A stretch of DNA of 26,112 bases from an uncultured Pseudomonadota bacterium (lineage in GTDB: Bacteria; Babelota; Babeliae; Babelales; RVW-14), in NCBI GenBank assembly GCA_964429765.1, contig CAYSDC010000002.1:9375-35486 (forward strand). Reading direction: 5' to 3'. Every line of letters begins with the position of its first letter. The first letter of the stretch is position 1. Positions 16,067 through 25,170 of this stretch are shown piece after piece. The notes beneath the pieces are model-generated. The model had not been told where the DNA came from, made no database searches, and saw nothing but the letters and a program-made list of their open reading frames with translations. Both the position numbers and the translations under genes were made by a program.

Positions 16067-17493
16067 ACCGTTAGCAGTGTTTGAATAATCATTCGTGCAG
16101 TGCGTTCACCCGATTCACATGCAGCTTCCATCGTTCCTGGAACGTCCATAAGAATTGAAGCATGCTCACCAGCAAAATAAAGCGTATCATCAACAGGGGC
16201 AAAAAGTGTCATGACCGTTTCGTGTGCATCTTTATGCTGTGCTGTTAAAACTTCTTCCTGTCCTGGTGCTATATAATGGTACGATCCCTTGATGTAGGGA
16301 TCATTTGGCCAGCTGTGACCAACCGGTGTTTGGTACTCTGCAAATGTTTTGTCCTGTGCAATTGTTGGAGCAGCTGCAGGCAAGTTTTCATCACGGTAGA
16401 CAAGTTTTAAATGAGCAAGCTTTGAGGTGTAGAGTTCAGCGATGCTTTGTTCTGTGTAAAAACCGGCATCTTTTGTGCAGTAGAGTGTAAGTACGGTTTC
16501 ATCAAAATTAAAATGAGTTCCAATGCTGTCATCAAGAGTTTGGATATTTCTTTGATAGTTGCCGGCTAGAGGAACAAGGACTTTTGCGTTTGTTCCGTAG
16601 TGAACTTGACGAATTGCGGCAAGTTTATCAGCAGGCATGATGTCAGCTTCAAAATTAATGTCGCTATACGTTGAGCATGGATTTGCAAGGACAAGAAGAT
16701 CGGCAAGAATCTCTTGGCCATCTTGAAAGGTAAGATGATAGCGCTGTTCAGCTGTTTTTTTAACTGCACATAATGGCATGCCGGTATGAACTTTATCGCC
16801 AAGCTTTTGCGTGAGTGTTTCAGGCAGAAGGCTGTTGCCACCATCAATTGTTACATGATCAAAGAAATGGCCGTCTTCATTTTCTTCAGATGAATGAGCA
16901 GAGCTAACCCCTCCAAGCATCATGTGCATGAGTGTTTCGTGATATGCAGTTGATAATTTTTTTGCAGGGGCTCCTTCATAACCTGCAATCATGGTGCTTA
17001 ACGCTTTATGAGCTGGATCTTCAGGACTAAAAAAATGATTAAGCATTTCATGTACGTTGCTTGATGTTTGAGCGAGCTGAAGTATCGTGGTTTCAAGTTC
17101 TTCGTAACTAAAATTTTTCATAGTTAAAAGTTCAGTCAAAGAAACCAGTTTTTTCCCATCTACGTAATAGGGATTAAATCTGATTTTGCCGTAATTAAGT
17201 TTCAGCTCGAGTTCATTGATTAAGTTGATGATATTCTCTGCAGGTGCTCCATCTAGAATGCTTTGTCCGCCAAGCTCAGCGATATGACCATCAACGACTG
17301 CGGTGAGCACTCGGCCGCCAACGCGAGGCTTTGCCTCATAAACCTCAACATCAATATTTTTTTGAGCAAGGCGATATGCCGCTGTTAGGCCCGCAATGCC
17401 GGCTCCAATAACAACCACTTTTTTGGGTTGTGCAGATGTAAAGCTCTTGATCATAAAAACCATCAATAAACAAAAAACTTTCAAATATATCAT
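16063..17493 (-). CDS. Flavin-dependent amine oxidase (monoamine oxidase/LAAO family)
   Basis: VVIGAGIAGL (GXGXXG), EAKPRVGGR, AELGG, FAGEH, GTMEAACESGERTA. Probable start ATG 17493 with a signal-like N-terminus. Confidence 0.88.
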   Translation of the reverse strand: MIYLKVFCLLMVFMIKSFTSAQPKKVVVIGAGIAGLTAAYRLAQKNIDVEVYEAKPRVGGRVLTAVVDGHIAELGGQSILDGAPAENIINLINELELKLNYGKIRFNPYYVDGKKLVSLTELLTMKNFSYEELETTILQLAQTSSNVHEMLNHFFSPEDPAHKALSTMIAGYEGAPAKKLSTAYHETLMHMMLGGVSSAHSSEENEDGHFFDHVTIDGGNSLLPETLTQKLGDKVHTGMPLCAVKKTAEQRYHLTFQDGQEILADLLVLANPCSTYSDINFEADIMPADKLAAIRQVHYGTNAKVLVPLAGNYQRNIQTLDDSIGTHFNFDETVLTLYCTKDAGFYTEQSIAELYTSKLAHLKLVYRDENLPAAAPTIAQDKTFAEYQTPVGHSWPNDPYIKGSYHYIAPGQEEVLTAQHKDAHETVMTLFAPVDDTLYFAGEHASILMDVPGTMEAACESGERTARMIIQTLLTV

Positions 17494-17686
17494 CTCTCTC
17501 TTTCTTCTTTTTTCTCTTAAACCGTTGCTGCCTTGCCTATGGAGCAAAATCTCTTTTTTTATCGTATTTCTAAAATAAAAAGATAAAGAAGCAGTATAGG
17601 ATGAAGAAAATTTTTTGTGTAGCCATTGGTTTTATCGTCTTGAGTATGCCAACAGTACTGCGATCGTTTAATTATGAAACGATGAA

Positions 17687-17712
17687 AAGGGCGATCTTAT
17701 AAGACCGCCCTT
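17687..17712 (-). terminator. Intrinsic terminator after 17736-18653
   Basis: Minus strand AAGGGCGGTCTT-AT-AAGATCGCCCTT (one G-U pair), running into TTTT. Confidence 0.7.
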
Positions 17713-17735
17713 CATTATTCACGGCCATTGAATGA

Positions 17736-18653
17736 TCAAGAATCTTTTTTATTATATAGTTCGTCAATTTCTTGTATTTTTCCATTTTTATTAAATCTAA
17801 GGTAAGCGATAAATGTATAAGTTTCTTGAGATTTTGAAGATTTGAGATCATATCGCACCATACAAACATTCTTTTGTAAGTTAGCAATAACGCCCTCTTG
17901 ATCTAGTTCGATAGTCCATGAGCCAAATCTTTCTTTCATATCCCTCAGCTGATCGTTTAATCCAAATTCAAATAAGGCTATGCAGTCTGCACCCCGGCTG
18001 ACTATTCCACCATTGACTATCTTCAGACAAGAAGATGAAATTAATTCAGTCATTTCTAGATATGTTTCCTGCTCTCCCGGTTTGCCAAAATGTTGTAAGA
18101 ATTCAATGTAGCGTTGTGCAGCCTGTTTAAGAGTGACTGAGTCGGTTTGAGAGCTCGGTTTAATTTCTTGCGGATCAGCAAAAAATGCATTGTCTGTTTT
18201 TGTGTTAAAGACTTCGTTAATGTTGGTTATCAGGCCATTATCATCAAAGGTAATGTATTTAGTGACAATCGATGTCTTTTGATCTGGAACATTTGCAACA
18301 TCATATTGAAGAACGTATGTATTATCTTCAGGAAATAAAAAGCAGTTGCTTTGGTTGGGCTCTATGGTCCATGCACCATATACACATTGAGCTTCACGAA
18401 GTTGTGTTTCAAGTTCAACAATATTTTTGCTGCTTAATTTTCCATTGACCACCTTATGACAGTTAGGTGAGAAGAGCGATGCCATTTTAGGAAAAGCATC
18501 TTGACCACTTGATGGACTTACTTTATTGAGAAAATTAATGTAACGAAGAGCAATATCTTCATGCGAATTGCTATCGTGCATTGCGCAGCTTGAAGCAACA
18601 ATAAGACTGATGCTTAATACTGACAATAATAATTTGTTGATACATTTCTTCAT
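17736..18653 (-). CDS. Secreted protein with two SnoaL/NTF2-like domains
   Basis: Signal peptide, RBS AGGAG. Two internal repeats (A.RYI.FL...; C.K.VNG; G.WTIE; F..NG.I..I.E..N.K). Confidence 0.7.
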   Translation of the reverse strand: MKKCINKLLLSVLSISLIVASSCAMHDSNSHEDIALRYINFLNKVSPSSGQDAFPKMASLFSPNCHKVVNGKLSSKNIVELETQLREAQCVYGAWTIEPNQSNCFLFPEDNTYVLQYDVANVPDQKTSIVTKYITFDDNGLITNINEVFNTKTDNAFFADPQEIKPSSQTDSVTLKQAAQRYIEFLQHFGKPGEQETYLEMTELISSSCLKIVNGGIVSRGADCIALFEFGLNDQLRDMKERFGSWTIELDQEGVIANLQKNVCMVRYDLKSSKSQETYTFIAYLRFNKNGKIQEIDELYNKKDS

Positions 18654-18696
18654 GAAAAACTTTCTCCTGATAGCAATAACATCACTAACTATTTTA

Positions 18697-19482
18697 TTAA
18701 CGCGATTTTATTGTATCAATTTGTCTGTTGCTTTCAATCAGTTTTCTCTTTTTTTGCAAAGGCGTTAAAGAAGCATCTTTTTGCATGTGCTTTGGAATAA
18801 TTTTTAGATCTTGAAAAAGAGCATCCCAGTCTTTCCGTAATGTATGACTTTGCATAACGGCTTCTTGGAAGCCTTGTATACAGAAGTTTTTTATATGTTT
18901 GATTTTCCACTTTTTTTTAAAATCTTGAGTATCGCTTATAACAACTAACGCATAATTGAGAGTGGGAAATTTTTTTGTAATAAGATTGTTAAGTTGTATT
19001 GCCTCTTTTTTTGTTATACCCGTTCTGAAAAAATACACCTTTTCCCCAAGTGCAAGTGTTTGATAAAATCGATCAATTCTTCGGTAATATTTATTTCTGA
19101 CAAATTCATAATCATGCAATGGTTCGTTATCAGGACTGAAGTCATGCGGATAAATTATTTTGTAGTGCGTATCTCGAAAGACACGGTTGTCTGACAGTTT
19201 AATGAGCTCTAACGTTCGTAAATTTTCCAACTTAATATAGTCTTTAAAATCTGTTTCCAATGCTTTATAAATTGATTCAAATTCTGTAATACACCAATCA
19301 AAGGGGAAAAATGCCTCACTAAGTTTTTTCATTTTAAATTGTTGAGCCGGTGCACAGTTTCCACCTAAACTAATACAAATTTTTTTTCCTCGTTCTACTT
19401 GGGCCAAAAGGATTGAGCTTGAAAGCAAAATAATCCCAAGTAAGAGAAGAAAGTTTTGTTTGTGATGTTGTGGTTGTTTCAC
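18697..19482 (-). CDS. DUF1796-like putative papain-like cysteine peptidase (paralog 1)
   Basis: ISLGGNCAPA, FFPFDWC, YPHDF, YYRRIDRF. GTG start with AGAGG RBS and a hydrophobic N-terminus. Confidence 0.72.
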   Translation of the reverse strand: MKQPQHHKQNFLLLLGIILLSSSILLAQVERGKKICISLGGNCAPAQQFKMKKLSEAFFPFDWCITEFESIYKALETDFKDYIKLENLRTLELIKLSDNRVFRDTHYKIIYPHDFSPDNEPLHDYEFVRNKYYRRIDRFYQTLALGEKVYFFRTGITKKEAIQLNNLITKKFPTLNYALVVISDTQDFKKKWKIKHIKNFCIQGFQEAVMQSHTLRKDWDALFQDLKIIPKHMQKDASLTPLQKKRKLIESNRQIDTIKSR

Positions 19483-20116
19483 CTATGCCTCTTTATTGTA
19501 TGTGCTGATGAGCTAGTTTTCAAAAAAATAAGCATAAAATTTATGTTTATTTTTTATGTTTATGTTTATTTTTTGATTTTGATTTATGTTTAAGATTTTT
19601 GGTAGTTGTGATTTTTTTAAAAAGAGCATTCCAGCCATCTACTAATTCTTGACTATTCATTCCAGGGTCCTGAAAATCCTTGAGAAAAAAATTCTTTATT
19701 CGTTTGATGTTCCACTGTTTTTTATACTCTTCAGTTTGATCAATAACAACAAGTGTGTATTTGAGCTTTGGAAATTTTCTTGCAATAAGATTATTGAGCT
19801 GAATTGCTTGTTCTTTTGTTATGCCTGTTCTTAAGAAGTAGACTTTTTTGTTCAGTGTAAGCACGTGATATAAGCGAGCAATACGTCGATGATATTTATT
19901 TTTTACCTCTTCATAATCATGCAATGGCTCCCCTGTAAGGCTAAAGTCATGAAGATACATAATGTTGTACCCCGTATCGCGAACATAGTGATGGGCTGCC
20001 AGCTCTGGCCTGTCAAGTACAACTAAATTTTCTTTTTGTAGGTAACCGTTAAAGTCTGTTTCAAGAGCTCTATAAATTGATTCAAATTCTGAAATACACC
20101 AATCAAAAGGGAAAAA
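19250..20116. repeat. Paralogous coding repeat (19250-19311 vs 20055-20116)
   Basis: 56/62 nt identical by hand alignment, covering the FFPFDWCI.EFESIY.ALETD segment of the two DUF1796-like genes. Confidence 0.85.
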
Positions 20117-20440
20117 AGCTTCTACGAGTTTCTTTGCTTCAAGTTGAAATCCAATGGCGCAATTCATCCCCAAACTTATAAAAATCTTTGATTGTTTAAA
20201 GGTAATTGAAGTATCTTTTTGTTTATCATTCCAAGCAACAGCTCGGTCGTTAGTATCGCAGCGGCTTTTTTCTAGAGCATGGTAGATATCGCCTAGAGTT
20301 TTTATATCTGGGCTCAAGATTTTTTGTGTGGTATCACTATGAGCGGCTTGGCAGGCATAAAAAGAATAAATAACTCCAAGCAGCACCAGCGTTATGATAA
20401 ATAATAATGAGGGTCTTTTAGAGTGGGGTGTATTTTTCAC
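19547..20440 (-). CDS. DUF1796-like putative papain-like cysteine peptidase (paralog 2)
   Basis: ISLGMNCAIG, FFPFDWC, YLHDF, KYHRRIARL. GTG start with AGGAG RBS; Lys/His-rich tail. Confidence 0.72.
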   Translation of the reverse strand: MKNTPHSKRPSLLFIITLVLLGVIYSFYACQAAHSDTTQKILSPDIKTLGDIYHALEKSRCDTNDRAVAWNDKQKDTSITFKQSKIFISLGMNCAIGFQLEAKKLVEAFFPFDWCISEFESIYRALETDFNGYLQKENLVVLDRPELAAHHYVRDTGYNIMYLHDFSLTGEPLHDYEEVKNKYHRRIARLYHVLTLNKKVYFLRTGITKEQAIQLNNLIARKFPKLKYTLVVIDQTEEYKKQWNIKRIKNFFLKDFQDPGMNSQELVDGWNALFKKITTTKNLKHKSKSKNKHKHKK

Positions 20441-20564
20441 ATCTACTCCTTATAATTTATCTATAGATTAATGTTTTATCAGCTTGATTTTCAATTTTTT
20501 ATGTTTTTTAGTTTGATTAATAGAAAAGCAAAGAGATTTTATTTTTATAGAAGCATTAAAAAAT

Positions 20565-20600
20565 GATAAAAGGAGTGAATGTAGATTCACTCCATTTATC
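20565..20600 (-). terminator. Intrinsic terminator after the giant gene
   Basis: GATAAA-A-GGAGTGAAT / GTAG loop / ATTCACTCC-A-TTTATC. T-rich on the minus strand downstream. Confidence 0.7.
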
Positions 20601-20621
20601 GCATGATTATAGTAATAAGGC

Positions 20622-23600
20622 TTAAATATCTTTTTTTGATCGTTTTGGATTCCCTTGCTGATTTAAGTCCGTTATAGTTTGACGTTTTTTGTTTGCAAGT
20701 TGAGTATTGCTTAATGTTATAAGCCTTTTAACGTCAGGTTTAAACAAAGGATCTTGATCCCATTCTGTGAGCGTCTGGTTGAGTTCATCCAGATTATACT
20801 TGTTTATAATAAGCGCTTCTAAATAAGATTGGGCTCTATCATCCAGTGAAAAATCATTGGCTTGGTGCATAAATTCCTTGATTGTAGTCAGTGGAAACTC
20901 AAAGGCTGGTCTATAGTTTTGCTCGACAAGGCTTATTAAAAGTTTAAACCCAAGTTGCTTATTGTCATTAGACCCTTCATTAAGTAGTCGGTTTGCAACA
21001 GTATGAATGCTTTCATGATTCTCTCTGCTAGGTAGGAGTTCTCCAAAGAGGCTGATTATTGTTTTATGCAGCAGGGTGTCGTTGCTCTTTGCAAGGCGTG
21101 AAGCAATAGCATCTATGAGTTCAGGTGTTGTATAATCATTCATAAAAAGTTTTTTAAGGAGCTCTATCTCAGTATAACTTATTGTTCTAGAATGCGCGTT
21201 TATACTATACATAATAATTTTCGTGGCGCTTTCATGGCAATAGCCTTTTGCAACTAATTCCTTAGCAAGCGATGTTATCGGATACATATCTATTTGCAAG
21301 CAAATATTGTTATCAGATATAAAGTTTGTAATAAAATTAAGGTCGTTTCCAAGGTCAAGGCCCATCCCTTTTTTTATAAGTTCGATGAGAAGCTTGATAG
21401 CTTCAAACCTGTTTTCTTGTTTGGGGATAACTTTTTGAGCTGCACGAAGTGACTCAGGAAGGTATATCTCTTTTTCTGCAAAAACCCTAAATAATCTCAA
21501 TGAGAAATCTATATCGAACCGATTCTCTTTTTCTAGATAGGCTTGGGCTATTTTCAATCCTGTTTCAAATGCCAAGCCTTTTTCTATAATTGATTGGAGA
21601 AGATTTTGACCAGTGGTCGAAAGGCTAATATTTTCTGAAATGCCTTGTTGTAATGCCAAAGTAATGCGTTCCAAGAGAGCAGGATAAGTTTTGTCAGATT
21701 TATTTTGCTTTTGATAAATTGCATACAGCAAATCTAGGGCAGCATTTTTTATAGTGGGATCCGAAGATGTGATTGTTTTTTCTACGCACTGCAAAGCTTC
21801 TTCATATACTTTATTTTTCTCTATAAGTTTTTTAAAGACAGATAAGGCTCCTCGAACAAGGATACTATTTTCACTATCAACTGCAGTTAAAGCTTCAGAT
21901 TTTACAAAGTCAAAATCATTATCTAAAAGTTTATTCAAAGGGATTTCTGAATAATCATAACTATGACTAATTTTTGCTTCAGGTTTTTGAAATATCGCAT
22001 ACAAGAATTCTTTCCGTCCGTAGCCTTTTTCCAGGAGCATATTAAATATTTTCATAGCCGGTTGAACATTATTATTGATAAATAAAGTGGCAGCTGCCTG
22101 ACATATCTGGTCGATTTCAAGATTTTTTTCCAGAAGCAGAAGGAGTAAGTTGATTTTTTTTAGCAAACAGGTGTTCAAATTAGAAAAAAAATTTTGAGGT
22201 GTGGCTAAGTTTTCAGTAATTTTTTGAGCAATTTGCGAAGATGCAAAGCCATTTTCTATAAGAAATTCGAATAGCTTTAGTGATAACGAATTGACTTTGC
22301 TGTCGTAATTATCAAAGGCCGATAGAGCTGCTTCGATGATCTGATCAACATGTAATTTCTGCTTGATTAAAAGAGAAAAGATATCATAAGCTTTGGGGTT
22401 CCCTTTTTCTAACCCCTTTATGGCAACATTGCAAGCTTCGGGGAGTTCTAAGCCTTTTTGAGCAAGCCATTTAAAAAGGCTTAATTCTTTTTCAGATACA
22501 AATGTATCACAAAAAAAATGAAGACTCTTTTTTTTTGGTAGAGCATGTTCAATGATCGATTCAACTGGATATTGCTTGCTGAGTAGAAGATCAAAAACAT
22601 TCAAAAGCTGTTGCGTGTGAATCCTGAAAGTATTATCATTACAGCAGTATTGGAATATTTTTAATGCAATCTCGTCTCGAGATTGATTGTCCTGACATAA
22701 GGAGAGTTTCTCTCGATCAATTGCTATATTTAAAGAAGTTTTCGTTGAGGTTTCAAGTGCTTCATTTTTCAATAGCGAATCTATCTTTTTGAAAATTTTT
22801 TCTTTTTCTTGTTTGTTCGGGCATGCTTCAAGAAATTTTGATAATAATGTTCCAATCACATTCCTATCTTTGTACATTGCTAATGATTCGATAAGTGACA
22901 AAACAAACTTTTGTTCACTATGTTTCACAATATGTTTACAGAGAAATTCCCAATCTATATCTATTTTAGTATCGGTGGTTGATGCGTTGAGTAGTGCACT
23001 TATAATTTTTTTATCGTCATGTAACATTCCAATGGTAAGGAGTAATATTTTCACAGGATTATCCTGTTGGGCAAGCTTTTTGCATACATCAATGTTTGTT
23101 GTGAATATGGGAATAACCATGCTTCTATGGTAGTAATCGTCTATTGGGGAAGGGAAAAGGAGAATCTTTTTTGCAAGGGCCTGCTGGGCGGGTGTAATTG
23201 TTTTCTGTGTAACGATAGTTTTGAAAACTTCGTAACGATTAGTTGGATTTTCCATATCGCAAAAATAGAGAAGATCATTTGAAAATGGGTGTTCTGGGTT
23301 TTGATCAAACAGCTTTGTTTTGTCTTCATCACGTACGATACTTGCGCATGTTGCATAAGTAAAAAGTTTATTAACTGGAGCTATTTCAAAAACTGAAAGT
23401 TGGGTTAAATGTTCTTGTGAATTATTTTTAATTACTTTGTATTCAGTGTGTACGTTGTGATGGAATCTTATAGAAAACGAGTAATAACTATATTTACTTA
23501 TCTTAACAGTCGTATCGCAATGAGCGCTTATCTCATATTGCCAATTAAACCGTTGTGCAATGCGCTCAAACTGTTTTTCTTCAAAATCATTATTCCAGTA

Positions 23601-25019
23601 TATTTTTTCCAAAGTATTATTCGGATCAGTGAATAAATTGAGTTTTAAGAGCTGATCTAAGACAATTATAAAATTTTTGAGCGTTGATTTTACTTCATAA
23701 GTTTTATTTTCATTTTGATCATGAGCTGGTAATAAGGTGATATTCTTTACTTTACAGCAACCATTGCTATCTGACTGAATGTTTGATTCTTGAGAAGCTG
23801 CAAGAAATGGTTGGTAATCTTCATTTGAAGGTAGCTTTAAATAGATCGACTTGGAATTGTCTCCATTGATATGGTGTGCATAAGTAACCCAAGGGCGATT
23901 GCTGACAACGGCACTGAATGCATTATGACATGCCATATCTCCCGCTTGGGCCGGATCACATGGAGAGACGGTATATTTTTCAGTTGTAATAGGGAGAGTA
24001 TAAAAACGTTTGAGCCCTTCATCGATGGCGTCAGGATTTATCCCATAATTTTTTAAATTTTCAAGTGAGCATAATCCAGTATTCGAGTCAAATGTCAGCG
24101 CCTGTAAAACGTTGCGTAATGATGTTTCAAAGCAGTCTGGATAGCCATGCTTCTCGAACATAACGCCACCGCAATAGCCAATTTCTTGAGGAAGATTATT
24201 GCCAGCTTTGTTTATTAAGAGCATCGAGCAGATTGCCTCTTCAAAGTTTAGTGGAGTTTTGGCAAGATTTTCTGCAAAATCGCTATTAATGAAGCTTGAT
24301 TGTAAGCTTTTAAAGAGTTCAACAACGATATCATGACTATACACATTATTATCAATTTTATTTAAATTAAAAAGTTTATCCACTTCGATATTAAAGCCTT
24401 TTGCAAGACCTTGATAGTATAAATCAAGATCATTAAGCGAGCCCGCTTTTACATAAAGGAGTCCTAAAACTGCTGCATAGGCATCATAGTTATATTCTGG
24501 CTTGGCAAGAACAGTGGAAAGTGTTTTAAAAAATAGTTCAAGCTCTCGAGTAAAGCGCGTTTTATTTTTTTTGATTCTCGCTTGTGTTGCTTCAGCCAGC
24601 AAATTTTCGGGAGTAAACTCAGCAGCAGCCTTGGCATCATACAATTCTGTGATAGTTTTTTTCAGATCTTGTACGAGTAATTTGGGGAAATTTTGATGCA
24701 TTGCGGCAACAAGTAGCCCAAGTGTATGAAATGATAAATACGAAGCAGGGCGGCTGATGGCTGCAGGTGGTACTAGTTGACCATTAATCTGATGAAAGAG
24801 TTGTTTAACAAGTTTTTCAATTTCCGTTTGGTTACTGTTAAAAAGAAAAAGGTTTGTTAATTTTTTCTTTGCTGCAGCGCCATGCAGTATAGAAAATTGT
24901 GTCTCTTTCAAGTTTGCATAAGAGCCGCGCAAGTAACGAATATCTATATCTGAATGAACAGATGCCACAGAGATAGCGAAAATAGTAACGAAAAGTCTGA
25001 AAAATAAGCGAAAAATCAT
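20622..25019 (-). CDS. Large exported protein with N-terminal globular domain and C-terminal HEAT/ARM-like helical repeats
   Basis: GGAGG RBS 5 nt before ATG 25019 and a signal-like N-terminus. Motif YPDCFETSLRN; repeated (L/I)FxxL(I/L)EKG helices in the C-terminal half; basic tail. Confidence 0.75.
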   Translation of the reverse strand: MIFRLFFRLFVTIFAISVASVHSDIDIRYLRGSYANLKETQFSILHGAAAKKKLTNLFLFNSNQTEIEKLVKQLFHQINGQLVPPAAISRPASYLSFHTLGLLVAAMHQNFPKLLVQDLKKTITELYDAKAAAEFTPENLLAEATQARIKKNKTRFTRELELFFKTLSTVLAKPEYNYDAYAAVLGLLYVKAGSLNDLDLYYQGLAKGFNIEVDKLFNLNKIDNNVYSHDIVVELFKSLQSSFINSDFAENLAKTPLNFEEAICSMLLINKAGNNLPQEIGYCGGVMFEKHGYPDCFETSLRNVLQALTFDSNTGLCSLENLKNYGINPDAIDEGLKRFYTLPITTEKYTVSPCDPAQAGDMACHNAFSAVVSNRPWVTYAHHINGDNSKSIYLKLPSNEDYQPFLAASQESNIQSDSNGCCKVKNITLLPAHDQNENKTYEVKSTLKNFIIVLDQLLKLNLFTDPNNTLEKIYWNNDFEEKQFERIAQRFNWQYEISAHCDTTVKISKYSYYSFSIRFHHNVHTEYKVIKNNSQEHLTQLSVFEIAPVNKLFTYATCASIVRDEDKTKLFDQNPEHPFSNDLLYFCDMENPTNRYEVFKTIVTQKTITPAQQALAKKILLFPSPIDDYYHRSMVIPIFTTNIDVCKKLAQQDNPVKILLLTIGMLHDDKKIISALLNASTTDTKIDIDWEFLCKHIVKHSEQKFVLSLIESLAMYKDRNVIGTLLSKFLEACPNKQEKEKIFKKIDSLLKNEALETSTKTSLNIAIDREKLSLCQDNQSRDEIALKIFQYCCNDNTFRIHTQQLLNVFDLLLSKQYPVESIIEHALPKKKSLHFFCDTFVSEKELSLFKWLAQKGLELPEACNVAIKGLEKGNPKAYDIFSLLIKQKLHVDQIIEAALSAFDNYDSKVNSLSLKLFEFLIENGFASSQIAQKITENLATPQNFFSNLNTCLLKKINLLLLLLEKNLEIDQICQAAATLFINNNVQPAMKIFNMLLEKGYGRKEFLYAIFQKPEAKISHSYDYSEIPLNKLLDNDFDFVKSEALTAVDSENSILVRGALSVFKKLIEKNKVYEEALQCVEKTITSSDPTIKNAALDLLYAIYQKQNKSDKTYPALLERITLALQQGISENISLSTTGQNLLQSIIEKGLAFETGLKIAQAYLEKENRFDIDFSLRLFRVFAEKEIYLPESLRAAQKVIPKQENRFEAIKLLIELIKKGMGLDLGNDLNFITNFISDNNICLQIDMYPITSLAKELVAKGYCHESATKIIMYSINAHSRTISYTEIELLKKLFMNDYTTPELIDAIASRLAKSNDTLLHKTIISLFGELLPSRENHESIHTVANRLLNEGSNDNKQLGFKLLISLVEQNYRPAFEFPLTTIKEFMHQANDFSLDDRAQSYLEALIINKYNLDELNQTLTEWDQDPLFKPDVKRLITLSNTQLANKKRQTITDLNQQGNPKRSKKDI

Positions 25020-25170
25020 GAAAACCTCCATTTTCAAATTGAATATCTATGTCGACTTGTATTAGTTAAGTAATAATAACAAATGGATAAAATAATTACA
25101 AATGGGCCATTTGGATGAGGAGGGGGGGCGAGGCAATTAAAGCATAAGCTTGAGCAAAAAGGCCCTTGTT

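Noticed and set aside
18580-18653. Lipoprotein lipobox at VASSC
   Set aside because: The -3 residue is non-canonical, and cleavage after ...SCA by signal peptidase I is equally plausible.
1456-24696. The ~35 short alternative-frame or antisense ORFs in the track (e.g. 2842-3027, 5809-6219, 9731-10024, 17672-17887, 22789-23133)
   Set aside because: They overlap well-supported genes or a terminator, lack RBS and recognisable motifs, and are expected shadow ORFs. 7295-7504 is treated as a frameshifted toxin remnant, not a gene.
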